A stretch of DNA of 64,000 nucleotides from Octopus sinensis (Eukaryota), in NCBI RefSeq assembly GCF_006345805.1, contig NC_043002.1, forward strand, positions 7,626,001-7,690,000. The letters run 5' to 3'. Below the pieces are notes generated by a model that worked only from the letters and a program-made list of their open reading frames with translations, was not told the DNA's origin and did no database searches. Both the position numbers and the translations under genes were made by a program. Positions 40,203 to 54,797 of the stretch are shown in pieces. Position 1 is the stretch's first letter. Every line of letters begins with the position of its first letter.

Positions 40203-40515
40203 TGGAGGCACATGGCCTAGTGGTTAGAGCTGCGGACTCGCGGTCGAGGGATCGTGGGTTCGAATCTCAGACCGGACGATGTGTGTGTTTATGAGTGAAA
40301 CACCTAAGCTCCATGCGGCTCCGGCAGAAGGTAATGGCGAACTTCTGCTGACTCTTTCACCACAACTTTCTCTCACTCTTTCCTCCTGCATCTTGCAGCT
40401 CACCTGCGACGGACCGGCGACCCATCCAGGTGGGGAACCTATAACGCCAAGAAACCGGGTAACCGGCCCTTATGAGCCAAGCATGGCTCGAGAAGGAACA
40501 ATCAACAGCAACAAC
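40203..40515 (+). mobile_element. SINE family A, tail type 4
   Basis: A/B boxes; tail CACCTGCGACGGACCGGCG..GAAACCGG; paralog at 62040. Confidence 0.9.
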
Positions 40516-41236
40516 ATAGTAGTTTGGATAAAATGAAGTAGAGACACGATAAAAAGAAGCCAATCAAATAAGCCTATCAGTAATTGTTCATTTATGTTTT
40601 CCATATCAGTCAGATGAATAAATCATCATTCTTGGTGTTAAAATAACCCCAACGTAAGATCAAGGGTAACTTTAACTTGCAGAATTGTGTATTTTAGGAG
40701 TAAAAAACAAAATCTGGATAGTGATTATCGTAATATTTTCGTTTCAAACTTACAAAGCATTTTATGTTTATCCAGAATTGTAATACACACCGATCCTAAT
40801 AAGCTATCAATACGCTTTGTTATTTATTGTGTAGTAAAATAACTGGAGCGGAACAAATCATAGAGGCAAATCATACCTCTTTTACAATCGGCATGTGCAA
40901 TAACAATATTTGAAGATCTATTAAACTATTAATTACGGTGCACTCATGCACTTTTATTATTTTTTTTCTCTCCTGGTGTTGGTGATTCATGAGAAGCGAC
41001 CACATGAATTAGTTTTACAAAAAGTATTTGATCGTGCAAAATGGTGCCTGTTTTCATTTAATGTAGCAAAACTTCATTAAATATGTGAAATACAAGTTTG
41101 TATGGTCTTCACACGCATACACACACACAAATATTATTTATCTTGTAGTTATTTCAGTCATTAGAATGCGTGTTGAGGAATACTTATGACATTTTGTCAT
41201 GATGCTATAACAATAAATACTGAGTTTGTTTTCCTT

Positions 41237-41571
41237 GGATGGAAGCACTCCGTCGGTTACGACGACGAGGGTTCCGGTTGAACCGAATCAACGGAACAGC
41301 CTGCTCGTGAAATTAACGTGTAAGTGGCTGAGCACTCCACAGACACGTGTACCCTTAACGTAGTTCTCGGGGATATTCAGCGTGACACAGAGAGTGACAA
41401 GGTACAACAGAAACAGGAAGTAAGAGTGAGAGAAAGTTGTGGTGAAAGAGTACAGCAGGGATCACCACCATCCCCTGCCGGAGCCTTGTGGAGCTTTAGG
41501 TGTTTTCGCTCAATAAACACTCACAACGCCCTGTCTGGGAATCGAAACCGGGGGCCATTGCGCCTCCACTC
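41237..41571 (-). mobile_element. SINE family A, tail type 1
   Basis: 11-bp TSD ttgttttcctt at 41226-41236 and 41572-41582. Confidence 0.93.
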
Positions 41572-41674
41572 TTGTTTTCCTTAAGCTTAGCATATTTCAA
41601 AATATAGTTATGCTGCTGCCTCCGCTGCTGCTGCTGCTGCTGCTGTGCTGCTACTGCTGCAGCTGCTGTTGATG

Positions 41675-42049
41675 CTGTTGAGCGAACGGTCTTCGTCCCA
41701 GAGCTTACAAGATAGGAGAAGTCCGAAACGTGGTCCTTTGCTATTCGTAAGACCCGCAGAAGAGTAAGCAGGTCAACCCCGACAACAGAGCATCGACGGA
41801 TGGATGAATGCGCATCCAGGCTCAGCGGTTGCGTAGGAAATCGGGGACAAAAAACAGGAAGAATGAGTGAGAGGAAGTTAGAGCGAGAAAGAGTACAACA
41901 GGGGTCGCCACCCACCCCCTGCCGGAGCCTCGTGGAGCTTTAGGTGTTTTCGCTCAATAACCACACACAAAACCCCAGTCTGGGAATCGAAACCGCGATC
42001 CTCCGACCGTGAGTCCGCTGCCCTAACCACTGGGCCATTGCGCCTCCAC
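41675..42049 (-). mobile_element. SINE family A, tail type 3, in a (GCT)n tract
   Basis: Homologous to 11155-11535. Confidence 0.92.
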
Positions 42050-42065
42050 TGCTGCTGCTACTGTT

Positions 42066-42108
<43 letters not shown>

Positions 42109-42345
42109 CTGTGGTTGTTGTTAACCGCAGGTTTAGCCTACCAAATAGATCTGTTTTCAGAAACATTCCAGTCGTGTCTGTACCGTCTTTTTTCAGGTGT
42201 AAATTATTCAATCTGCTCTTATGATGGGGTGTGGGTAGAGGATGGTATTACGGAAGCTTTGTCTTCTCTTTCTGGCAATTAGCGCTCAACTATAGAAGAC
42301 TTCTTCTGCGTCGTAGAGAAGAACATAATTAACTCAATATATTCA

Positions 42346-42848
42346 ACGAGCAGTATCGCCCGGCGTTGCTCGGGTTTGTAAGGGAAATAACTATATAAGC
42401 ATTTTTAGAGAGTTACTTCCCTTATAGATGCCAATTCGGGCTTTCTTAGCCATTTCTGTTTTGGTGTCTTCAAGCCATGAAGTCGTTGTTCTAAAAGAAC
42501 GCTGGTCTCCTTGACAATGCTTTACGACGTTGATTTCCTTACACTCCCTTCCCCACAGCTTCACGAGGGAGGGAAGAAGGGGGAGAAGCAAACAGGTGCA
42601 GGTGTGACCATGGACGCCATCGACACACGAAAAATTATGCATTAAAATGGAATAAAAAATGATGTTAAATTATTTTTAAAATCGTAGACTCATCGTAGAC
42701 GCGCGCTAATACTCAGACGGGCTCGATATGAATCACGACTATAAGATACCCGAATTTGGTTAAACTGCACCGCAAAATGTGGGAGTAGTTAGGAATCTAA
42801 ATCGAAGGGGACAGATACTCACACAACTACAGTTTTATATATATAGAT
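42346..42848 (+). mobile_element. Helentron/DINE-like non-autonomous element
   Basis: 5' ACGAGCAGTATCG + CCCG..CGGG hairpin; 3' TTTTATATATATAGAT end shared with 43314-43687. Confidence 0.6.
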
Positions 42849-43313
42849 GTATTATCGCATCTTGTTTTTTATCGGTCAATCAAAGATAAAGGAGTGAGAC
42901 AATATGACAATATGAATCTCATAGTTTTGCAGTATTATATAAAAAATATGAAACTAAATACTCTGCCTTTTCTGCCGACTCACAACGTTTACTTCCGGAA
43001 TAAATAATTGAGCTCTCCTGGTGGACATTTTTATCGTAATAATAATTGTCGTTGTATGTTGCCTTGATCGCGCAGACTTACGATTAAAGACCTTCTCACC
43101 GTGATTATGACAATTATGGGGAGTGGGAAGAGTTCAAGTCAAAGTGTAGATTACCTAATGTCCTTTTCATTAATCTATCTGTGATTTAATCGAAATATCA
43201 AGTTTAAATCTACATGTTGATTTCGTCTTCTGAGATCTATAGTAAGTTATTTTATAGTTGGAGTTTTACATATGAAAAATACAAATTACTACTAGGATAC
43301 AGGTATATTAGAT

Positions 43314-43687
43314 ACTAGCACTATGACCTGGCAACGCCAGGTCATAGTGCTAGTGCAGGCATATACAGCTGCGTGCGTGCGCACATACACGCGAGTACTG
43401 TCTAAATCTCCGACCAATCACATACAGCTAGCTGGCATTCAATTGGCGTATCAAGTTTCGGGCATTTTGATTGGGTTTTGGATAGAATATTCACAAAAAA
43501 GTCACTTTTATTGATTTTTTAATGGTTTTGCGGGGTGACTGGGGAAATGTAAAAATGTGCACGACCACCCTTGGACGGTTTTGAATAACCATAGAAAGTA
43601 CGAGCCCTCTAACTGAAAAATTGTGGATTTGTATAAAGGATACACACACACACACAAACAGACATTTTGCCGTTTATATATATAGAT
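43314..43687 (+). mobile_element. Second Helentron/DINE-like element
   Basis: 5' ACTAGC with perfect 19-bp hairpin; (CA)n tract; 3' TTTATATATATAGAT. Confidence 0.6.
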
Positions 43688-45377
43688 ATTACTCTGACAT
43701 TTATCATGTAAACTGAAGCCTCTTTTGTGTGCGTGGTGCTTACTTAGTTAAAATCCTGTGCAGACCTATCGCTAAACCTTACCCTGCCTGTGTTGATTTC
43801 AAGAACTGAGAACCTGTGTCCACCCCACTTTTTTTTCAAGATAACAGGGCATAATTTGAGAGAAATTTATCTGCTAACTGTAGCTGAGCGAAAGATCATT
43901 GTTGGCCCTGGAGGAAGAAAGATCAATCCACAACAAGTCAAGTTTGCTAAGTGAGTTCGAACACTGAATTAAAACCTTTAAACTTGACACAGAGGACTAA
44001 GAAATAGCATACGTTTTCTATATACTGAGACAGTTTTGACGCGGCAAATTAATTATAACCTCGTGACAAGAAAACAGGTCACGCGATTGAATAATGGATA
44101 CAGTTTGGTTTAGGAAAAGAAAAATTAATAAAATGTCAGGTGTGTATTACTTTCTATTTTTCGGGAAAAAATTCGGACATTTTTGCAGAGGTGTTTTAGA
44201 CAAAACTTATTCGGGATGGACAACCTGTTTCTTTTCTTCTTTCTATTTTCTTTTTTCTTTTTGCGGAAAAGAAAAAGAAACCGAAAAAACAAGAGGAAGA
44301 AACAATGTTATTTTGGAATTTACTGGCGGTGGACTCGGAATTTCGTTATAGCGTCGGGCAAAATGCTTTGCGGTCTTTTACATTCTGGGTTTATGTATTG
44401 AATACATTTTTATGTTCTGAAAGATCTTTTATGTTTTAAGTGGCCATCTCAGTTCAAAAGCCTATTCAAGTTCCGAGTTCAAGCTTTTAGGGGGATGAAC
44501 TTTGTCTATCAACCTCCCGAGGACGAGAAAATAAGGTATCAGTCAAGTATTTGATTTGATTGAATTGATTATCCGAACAGCCACGCCTTCACAAAGAAAA
44601 TATTTCAGACCATAAGGCCTATTTCATGCCTATAGTAAAAGTCAATATTAATAAGTCAATTTCATCTCAGACCCTTTCCGAAGCAGTAAACAATGTATCA
44701 GTGTGGAAAAAAAACAGAATAATGATGAAAGATGGAAAAAAGGGAAACGAAAAGCGGAAAAATATACATAGACATATGCATATATACCCAACTTATTCCA
44801 TACGTTAAGAGTACCTTGAACATGCACAATCTCCTCCGCCATGGCTCCTCTCTCCCCAAACTCTGTTCCTCAGCTGGATCCCTTCTGTCTTCTTATTGCC
44901 GCTGTCACACCTGCTTTGTCTTCCTAACACTATTGCACTCACCGGGCGCAAATGCCAAGTTTTCCACTTTATTAGATCTTCCCGATGCACTTTCTGCGCC
45001 TACATATGTACGTACGTAGGTATATGTAGAAGAGCATATGTCTACCTATGCATATATCTAGAGGCAATGTATCTACACTGTTTATCCGCATAATTTGCCC
45101 TAAACCCACTCAACTTATGGAAGGATCCGCTGCAAAGGTATTGCAATCTAAGTTTGAATCTTTTGAGCACTACAGTCTTCTATACGGAGAATCTCTGGAT
45201 CTCATCTGTGGACTATATTCGTATACCTGAGTATCGGCCTTGTGATGTACCTAACATCTATGCTGCTGTGGTTAATAAAAAATGTTGGTGTTGTTGTTGT
45301 TGTTATTGTCGGTGCTGATGGTGGTGGCGGCGGCGGCGGCGGTGGTGGTGGTGGTGGTGGTGGTGGTAGTGTTGATT

Positions 45378-45603
45378 ACGCGGCGAACTGACAGACTTGT
45401 TAGCACACCGAGCGAAATGCTTAGCAGTATCTCATACGTCTTCACGTTCTGAGTTCTAATTCCGCTTGAGGTCGACTTTGCCTTTCTTCCTTCAGGGGGT
45501 CGATAAATTAAGTATTAGCGAAACACTGGGGGTTGATGTAATAAACTATCCCCTTCCCCACAAATTTCAGGCCATTGTGCCTTTAGTAGAAAGGATTATT
45601 ATT
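45378..45603 (+). mobile_element. Decayed SINE B (tail variant 2)
   Basis: Core and tail recognisable. Confidence 0.82.
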
Positions 45604-45981
45604 AATCATTATTATTATTGATGTTGTCATTTTTATTACGACAAACTTTATCGTGATGTACATTGACAACAACGAATTCAACAATATCCCATCGCAATAT
45701 CCTGAGTGTTTGGGCGTCGATGTCACGAACCATGTTTATATAGGGCCGCACGTCTAACGCGGTGTAACCAAAGTAGGCCTCAGTTGCTACCATTATTGTC
45801 TACTACCCATTGTAATGAGAGTATGTCACTTAGATGTGAATTTTGTCGGTAACCAGTCATCCGAATCGTTACACAGCCAGCTATGATTCACACATATACT
45901 TAAGAGCAGACGTGTAGACATACAGACACACATACGCACAAACACCCGCACACATAGAAGTAGACTAAGAGTTATATATAC

Positions 45982-46080
<99 letters not shown>

Positions 46081-46158
46081 CATACACACATCCGCACAAA
46101 CGCCCGCATACATATAAGTAGACTAAGAGTTATTTATATACATTATATATATATATTA

Positions 46159-46189
<31 letters not shown>

Positions 46190-47745
46190 GTATGTATGTA
46201 TATATGGATGTATGTATTATGTGTATGTGTGTATATATATATATATAATATATATATATTATATATATATATATATCACCGCTGTGTTAGATAGACACTC
46301 ACACACACACACATATATATATATATATGTATGTATGCATGTATGTCTATACACACACAGATACACGCACACACACACATACATGGGTATAAACAGACAC
46401 ATAAACAGACTAAGACAGATCAGTCAGACCAATACATGATTGTGTGAGTGTTTGTGTGTGGTTCATCTGCTTATATTAGGTCAAAAAACATACACGTGCA
46501 GAGAAATATGTAGGTTAGATTCTCTGAGTTTTCTCTATGTTACCGTGTGTGTGTGTGTGTGTGTGTGTACGGTGAAACACCTCCTGAATTGCTGAATGCA
46601 GAATTTCTTTGTTAAAGCATTAAATCTATAAAATATATCTGTTCTCCATTGATCATTACCGCGTATTGATGTTTTTATGGATTCTTGGTATCCTTCGTAG
46701 TTTATTATGGTTAGGCCTCCCTAACCACAAATGCAAACTGGTGAAGATAAAACGTCAGTGTCAGTCACCAACCAGATGAGGTAACTGCATGTTTGTGGCC
46801 TGTATTTCTCCTATGTCTAAAGAAGTGTCCGGTCTTGATTATGCATTCTTGACTTACGAAGTGAATCTATGGATTGAATTTAGAGTCTTGACATCATTTA
46901 TTTATTGCCAAATATTAAAATTCATGTAATAGACAAAATATACGAATACTAAGTTTAAACCCATATTCTTTTCTCTTTCTTTCTCTCTCCCCTTCTCTCT
47001 TTCTCCCCCATCTCTCTCTGCATAAACATCTTTATCTAATTCCTTTATTGCTCTATAACTTAGAGTGTGTATATACATAAAAAGATGTACTTCCACATAT
47101 GCTTATAACGAAACCCTGCTCCGTAGGGATTTCCCAGGCAAAATCCCCCACTTGAGTTCAACTAAGGTGTTGAAGTGTGAAAATAAGTCAAAGAACGGTT
47201 TATTTTTAATTTTGTATTTAGCTTTAATGTTGGTTACTACCTGAGAAGTGACTACTTAATCCACCACGAATAGTACAGTCTCATGTAATTACAACACTTC
47301 TAGTGACTGACTCATAACAGGAAATGTCTTTCGAAAGGTTTAGTCTACGATGCTACAGTCTATTCCTTTTAAATATTGCCAATAGTTCACGAGAAATTCT
47401 TTTAAAACAAAATACTACCAACATGACAACACTTTTAGAAAACCTGAAAGGTGAAACAACACGGTCTGATAAACGTACAGTTATTCAGTCAAGTATACAA
47501 GATCTACCGCTATTAAAACAGATGTAGTATGTGAGCTCTGCTTATATGAGAAAATCGCTGTCGTAACTCAAATTGACAATTGCATTTTTATAAATCTGAA
47601 TTTATTGATTCTTGTAAGCCATCCGCAAAGAAGAATCAATAGATGACTAGCTACTTCATTAAAAGTTTAGGTTTATTTTTCTTACTCGTATGTATCTTGT
47701 TTCTGCAATAGGCACTTTTTCGAAGATATATTTCTTTGTGGATAA

Positions 47746-48159
47746 GGCGGCGAGCTGGCAGACACGTTAGCACGCTGGGCGAAATGCGTAGCCGTATTTC
47801 GTCTGCCGCTACGTTCAGAGTTCAAATTCCGCCGAGGTCGACTTTGCCTTTCATCCTTTCGGGGTCGATAAATAAAGTACCAGTTTTGCACTGGAGTCGA
47901 TGTAATCGACTTAATCTCTTTGTCTGTCCTTGTTTGTCCCCTCTATGTTTAACCCCTTGTGGATAGTAAAGAAATAGGTATTTCAGCTGCCGCTGCGTTC
48001 TGTGTTCAAATTCCACTGAGGTTGACTTTGCCTTTCATCCTTTCGGCATCGATAAATAAAGTACCAGTTTCGCACTGGGGTCGATGTAATCGACTTAATC
48101 CCTTTGTTTGTCCTTGTTTGTCCCCTCTGTGCTTAGCTCCTTGTGGGCAATAAAGAAAT
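47746..48159 (+). mobile_element. SINE B head + tandem second unit (dimer)
   Basis: Junction AAAGAAAT|AGGTATTTC near 47975; 15-bp TSD atatatttctt(t/c)gtg. Confidence 0.92.
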
Positions 48160-48544
48160 ATATATTTCTTCGTGCAAGCGATTTTCACCGTGTTATTTCT
48201 TTATATTTTTATTGTGCTGATGCAAATGTTTTACTTCAATTTTTTCAAACAATAAACAAGCATCACACTTTGTCAACCGATATTCATCTGTAACCTTCTT
48301 TCTACCAGCTGGAGCTTTCCTCGCCGTTCAGAAAAGCTATTTAAATAAATAAATTACATGTTTTATTTTTAACATTTATCTTGAGATTAGCAATGAGGGA
48401 CTCAGACGGACGATATGTGAAACTTTTATAGCACAAACGATTCCTCTTTATACTATGGCGTATGCACGAATATAATTATCTATATATTTATCTGTATCAG
48501 TCCCCCCTCTCGCTCTCCCCCCTCACTCTCACTCTCTCTCTCTC

Positions 48545-48597
<53 letters not shown>

Positions 48598-48699
48598 ATA
48601 TATTGTGTTTTTTTGTATTTATATTCGTGTAACATCGTCCGTTTTTCTGCCCTTGTTTCGTACACATTCGATCCTTTTTCCAAGAAATCTAATGCTCGT

Positions 48700-48865
48700 A
48701 GTTTAGTTTTTCCTTGGGGGCTGGCCAGATTGGAGCAATCTCCAGATTAATCAGCTGAAATCGCGAGGATGATACGGTTCTTGACTGAAGATTAGAGGCT
48801 TCGAATGACCCGTCCGTGTTTTTTGTATCGTCTATTTGAATGTTTTGCGTTCTTGTCCCATTTTG
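48700..48865 (+). repeat. Interspersed repeat, homologous to 52645-52805 (inverted); possibly Penelope pseudo-LTR
   Basis: Shared GC(T/C)GAAAT(C/T)GCGAGGAT..TGACT..GACCCGTCC..TTCTTGTCC. Confidence 0.6.
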
Positions 48866-48873
48866 TAATTTTA

Positions 48874-48906
<33 letters not shown>

Positions 48907-48949
48907 TTTATATATATATACATACACACACACATATATATCCACATTG

Positions 48950-49270
48950 TTTATGAAGCACAGGTATCAGCAAACTATGGCAACGACCAGAGAAAAAGAC
49001 CAAGCGTTACATTGGATTTGTGGAAGGAACATTTAAAAACAGATACTACTACTTTCAAACTTTACACACCCCGAAAAGAGACATGCAACTACCCTATTGG
49101 CATTAAACTGGAAAATTAAGGACGAGATCATCTGCTACTACTTCAAATGGAAGGTCTTTTCTAAGACCAAACCTAAGACTAAAAAGATGAACTATATGCT
49201 CGCTTGCAAAACCGTATCTTTAAAAAAAACCTTAAGAAGCTTCAATGACGTCATAAGCGAGATATCTTGT
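48950..49270 (+). mobile_element. Penelope-like GIY-YIG endonuclease fragment
   Basis: KRYIG..EGTFKNRYY..; WKIKDE...KWKVFSKTKP resembles the PLE endonuclease C-terminus. Confidence 0.65.
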
Positions 49271-49671
49271 TCTTGTCCGCATTTCACATGATACAACTTA
49301 ACCGTAATCAAGGATTAACGACCAGGCACACCATAAACCTTTCCAGTGTTGGTTTGTGTAATTTTGATAATCATATTGCACTGTTTATATTTACTACGAA
49401 GTTAATTATCTCCCATGTGTTTCACTCTCTCTTTTCTAAATGCGCGTGATCATTCAAACGTCGAACGCAGTTATTAAACTTTACAGTTTTTCAACCTGAT
49501 AAACGGCAAAATAAGTAAATATTTCGGCCATGGAATCCAAGGCAGCTGTGTTTCTCAACGCTTTTTATGGATTTTCTAATAATAATAATATATAAACACG
49601 TCCATATGTACACATACACGCACACACACACATACACACACATTCACACTTAGATATAGATATATAAATAT

Positions 49672-49724
<53 letters not shown>

Positions 49725-49753
49725 TATATATATACATATACACATATATACAC

Positions 49754-49791
<38 letters not shown>

Positions 49792-49878
49792 CATACACAC
49801 ATGCATACACACACCCAATATAATATATATAATTATACTCATGCATACTGATTTAAATATCATAATAGATAGATTGAG

Positions 49879-49996
<118 letters not shown>

Positions 49997-50589
49997 ATAA
50001 ATAGCTAGGTAGATATATAGAAACGTGTATGCATTCACTTTAGTTTTGATATATAGCCTTGAAAAGAATCAAAGACCACACTAGGAAACGTATCCTTCTG
50101 TTTTAAATGGCAGTAGTGTGCTATTTGAAAGTATTTGTTAGGTTTTTCTTGTACGTCATGCAACCAATCACAGTCTTCTTGGATACATTTGAATTCGGGA
50201 GTAGTTTTGTAGTGGGATGGGGATGCGAAGAGGAACTAGAAGCGAAAGGATGAGCGAATGTGAATAACGTTAACCATATGAAATCTACTCACAAAAAATA
50301 ATCTTGTTTAAAGAGATATAATGCAAGATCTGGTCCTTGCAAAGGAGAAAACGTCGGACAGAAGTTTGGGAAATGAGGCTTATATTTCAGATCGTATGTT
50401 ACACAAATACGTCATTTGCTTCGTTGATGGCACATAAAAAATGTGTTTCTATATGTTAGTATTGGTGTGTAGCATGAAATCAGAGCAAATTCTAAAAGTT
50501 TCTGTTCAAAAAATGTAAATGACGACAACGATGATGATGATGAGGATGAGATGGAGGGGAGAGGAGAGGAAGAGAGAAGGAGGGTGGTG

Positions 50590-50690
50590 GTTGTGGTGGT
50601 GGTGGTGGTGGTGGTGGTTGTAGTGTGATAACTGTGATGATGAAGATAATAATAATAATGATGATGATGATGATGATAATAATAATAATA

Positions 50691-50722
<32 letters not shown>

Positions 50723-50915
50723 TAATAATAATAAAGATGATGATGATGATGATGTGATAATAATAATAATAATAATAATGATAATAATAATATAATAATA
50801 ATAATAATAATAAAAACAATAATGATAATAATAATAATAATAATAATATAATAATAATAATAAATATAAGATGATGATGATGATGATGATGATAATAATA
50901 ATAATAATAATAATG

Positions 50916-50952
<37 letters not shown>

Positions 50953-50978
50953 CAATAATGATAATAATAATAATAATA

Positions 50979-51020
<42 letters not shown>

Positions 51021-51065
51021 TAATAATAATAATAATAACAATAACAATAATAATAATAATAATTT
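50590..51065. repeat. Compound (TAA)n/(TGA)n/(TGG)n array
   Basis: Visible. Confidence 0.95.
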
Positions 51066-51343
51066 GTTCGATGAAGAGGATGTAATAATGTAAAGAGTAA
51101 ATTATAGAGATTAAACACTTGGATTTACTGGACAGGAAGTGACATATGAAAGACTAAAGTCAAACCGGAACCCGATAGAAGCTAGAAAGAGGATATTGGA
51201 AGAGCCACTCTAGGTCATCATAGGCCTCCTTCCTTCCCTTTTTTGATGGGTAATTCTTCTCATCGATAGAAATAAAATCTCTGGTAAATGATTTGGACAG
51301 CGTTCAAGATACATACTTAAATAATACTATATGTTTGTGCGTT

Positions 51344-51420
<77 letters not shown>

Positions 51421-51721
51421 TGCATAGATACGCATGTATAGATATCTATGCGTATATATGTTTGCATGTATGGGCGTGTATGTACGCATGCATGTATATG
51501 TGTATCTACGTATAGATAAGTATGTATATATATATGTGCAAGTATATGTATTATATACATTCATATATTTGCATATGTACCAACATATATGTTAATATAT
51601 TTACAGGTGTACGCATTTATGATAGGTGATTATCAGTACACGCACACACACACAAACCATTGCACAGTAGTACATACATATATGAATGTGTGTGTCTATA
51701 TATACACACACACAAACATAT

Positions 51722-51760
<39 letters not shown>

Positions 51761-52282
51761 GATTTATATATCATAATCATACGCATACATATTTACAAAA
51801 ATGCGTCTGTAATTGCATACATATATACATACACACCGAAATGTAAGTGTGTATGGGAGGGGTATATAAATGTGATTAGGTGTGAGTGTATATTTTTCGA
51901 TACTTATCACTCAACACGAATTTAATAGGCTGGAGGAATTTTTGCTTAAAACCCCAGTCTTTCGAGTCCTCTCCAATTTGGAGAGCAGTCGAAGGATAGT
52001 ATTTTTTATATATATTTTGTCCACTTAGTATTATAACTGAATATGAATTATTTGCCGATAAACATATTATTAGTAACTATCGTTTTTAATGCTAACTTCA
52101 TACCTAGTTACTATAGAAACCACATACACACACGCAGAGGAATATATATACATACACATATATGTATGTAGTATGTATGTGTGTGCTGCCGCAGTTGCTT
52201 TCGGGTTTTACACACACACACATACGCACGCACGAACACGCACACACGCACACACACACACAAACACACACATACACACATT

Positions 52283-52495
52283 GTTTTATTCTCTTACTTG
52301 CTTCAGTCATTTGACTGCGGTCATGCTGGAGCACCGCATTAAAGGGCCTTTTACTTGTAGAAATCAACCCCAGTACTTATTCTTTGTAAGCCTAGTACTT
52401 ATTCTATCGGTCTCTTTCGCCGAACCGCTAAGTTATGGGGACGTAAACACGCCAACATCGGTTGTCAAGTAATGGAGGGGAGACAAAGACAGACA
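52283..52495 (-). mobile_element. SINE C 3' half
   Basis: Matches the tail of 34998-35445. Confidence 0.88.
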
Positions 52496-52592
52496 CATTG
52501 ATACACATAAATAAATACGTACGTACATATATAATATGAGTGTGTGTGTGTATGTTTGTGTGTGTGTGCGCGCGCGTGTGTGTGTATATGTG

Positions 52593-52639
<47 letters not shown>

Positions 52640-52801
52640 ATACAAAATGGACAAGAACACAAAACATCCGACAGCTGAGTGATACAAAAAGGGACAAGAA
52701 AACATCCAGATAGATGATACAAAGAAAACAAGGACGGGTCGTTTGATGTCTTTTTTTCCTTAGTCAAGCACCAGATTATCCTCGCAATTTCGGCTGACTA
52801 T

Positions 52802-52841
<40 letters not shown>

Positions 52842-53249
52842 ATGTATGTATGTATGTATGTATGTATGTATGTAGAGATTTGAAAAGTTAAGATCTGCTA
52901 GTAGTCGGGATCAACACATGGTCCCACATCGCTGCAGACCTCGATTCAATTTAGGCGACTCGCTGACGAAGCTAGCCTTAGCAAACATATTCTGTGTTTT
53001 GCTAGAAAGAAGCAGAAACCGCGGTTCGAGTTGTTAAAGTTATCGGTAAACGTTTTTGATTTTCACTCTCGATAAATTCATCCCCTTTTTGTGTTCCCAG
53101 CACTCGGCATCTTAATTTAGGAGCCCTTAATTGTATAACTACATGAATAATATTTTTCTATATGAATAATATTTTTGTCTTATGACTAATTCGTCTTTTG
53201 TGCTGGGTATCTGGTAGTAAATAATATTACTACCCTTCTTGTTTATATT

Positions 53250-54350
53250 TGTATGTATGAATACATATATTCTGACGAACAGAACCCAACATGTCTTTGA
53301 GGGAGTACAATCCAGCTCAGCCAAAGTCATTTGCGGTGTCCCACTAGATACTGTGTTAGGTCCACTCTTCATTATTTACATCATCGACATAGTAGAGGTC
53401 ATCAAACATTCTACATTGAAAATCTTTGCAAATGATTGCAAACTCCAGAAAGCCATAAACGGCACGGGAGACCGAGCATGCCTTCAGTCAGATCTATTTG
53501 CCATTGTCTAATGGGCGGAAAAACAATACGCCTCTGAATGAAGATAAGTTTGATTTGATCCCCTTTGGAAAAGAGGAATCTCTGAAATTACCATATGCTC
53601 TTCCCTCGGGCGACTCCCAACTGTCATCCAACAACACCAGAGATCTTAGAGCAATTGTTGATAGCAATCTAAGCTGGAGTTCCCATGTAAACAGCAAGGT
53701 TGACTTGACCCGCAAGATGTGCAAACGGATTATGTGAACTTTCCGATCTAGAGATGCCTACATCATCATCCTTCTCTACTCTACTTTTCCGCGACCCCAC
53801 CATGAATACTGTTGTCCATTGTGGTTCCCCCATACGAATCACACTCCAGAGATCAATAACAAGAAAAATAGACAGCTTGAGAGCCATTGATTATTGGGAT
53901 CGACTAAAAAATCTTTATCTCAACTCTCTCCAACGCCGCCGGAAGCGCTACATCATTTGTGTTACGTGGAAAATATTCCATCAAAATTGCACAAAATCCA
54001 TCCTAGACTTGGCCCCCGTGCTATACGCCCACTACAAAAATCGAACTCGGTACACATAGCAACATTACGTCACGATTACTTTACCTCAACCGGTCCAGCT
54101 CTCTTTAATACGATACCAAAATATATCAAAACGGAAACGGATCCCATAAAATTCAAATGTTCACTGGACAAATTTCTTCAAAAGATCCCGGACCAATCTC
54201 CTACACCCGGATATGTCTCCAACAATAATAACTCTTTTCTAGAGTGGGCCATGGTGCCCATGTATGACTAAAAGACTTCACCAGGTGGTGCTATTGAGTT
54301 AGACATGGCCTGAGCCTATACTAGCCGAAACTTATCAAAGTTATTAAAGA
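53250..54350 (+). mobile_element. CR1/L2-like LINE, 5'-truncated (RT C-half to tail)
   Basis: GVPLDTVLGPLFIIYIIDI..IFANDCKL (RT motifs); frameshifted C-terminus; 3' end shared with 9487-9800. Confidence 0.92.
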
Positions 54351-54361
54351 TATATATATAT

Positions 54362-54525
54362 GCGGCGTGCTTCTTTTAGTATGCGTCTACCAAATCCACT
54401 CTCAAGGCACTGGGCGGCCCGAGGCTACAGTAGAAAACACTTGACCAAGTTGCCAGGCAGTGGAACTGAAATCGGAACCAAGCGATTGGGAAGCAACCGC
54501 ACAACTTCTTACCACAGAGCCACGC
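54362..54525 (-). mobile_element. SINE C 5' half
   Basis: Head homology. Confidence 0.8.
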
Positions 54526-54550
54526 TGCGATCTATATCTGTATCTATGTC

Positions 54551-54656
<106 letters not shown>

Positions 54657-54746
54657 CTTTTTGTTCTCTATACCAGTCGCTTACTGCTTGTTGCTTACAA
54701 ACTTCCTGCACTCGGAGCCCCGGATAGTATATACACACACACACAT

Positions 54747-54797
<51 letters not shown>

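Noticed and set aside
45650-45760. LRR-like peptide MYIDNNEFNNIP
   Set aside because: Single short match, no splice signals, early stop.
48720-48815. Hammerhead-like fragments (agattg/caatct hairpin; CTGAAGA..CGAA)
   Set aside because: Core and GAAA elements are missing or out of register.
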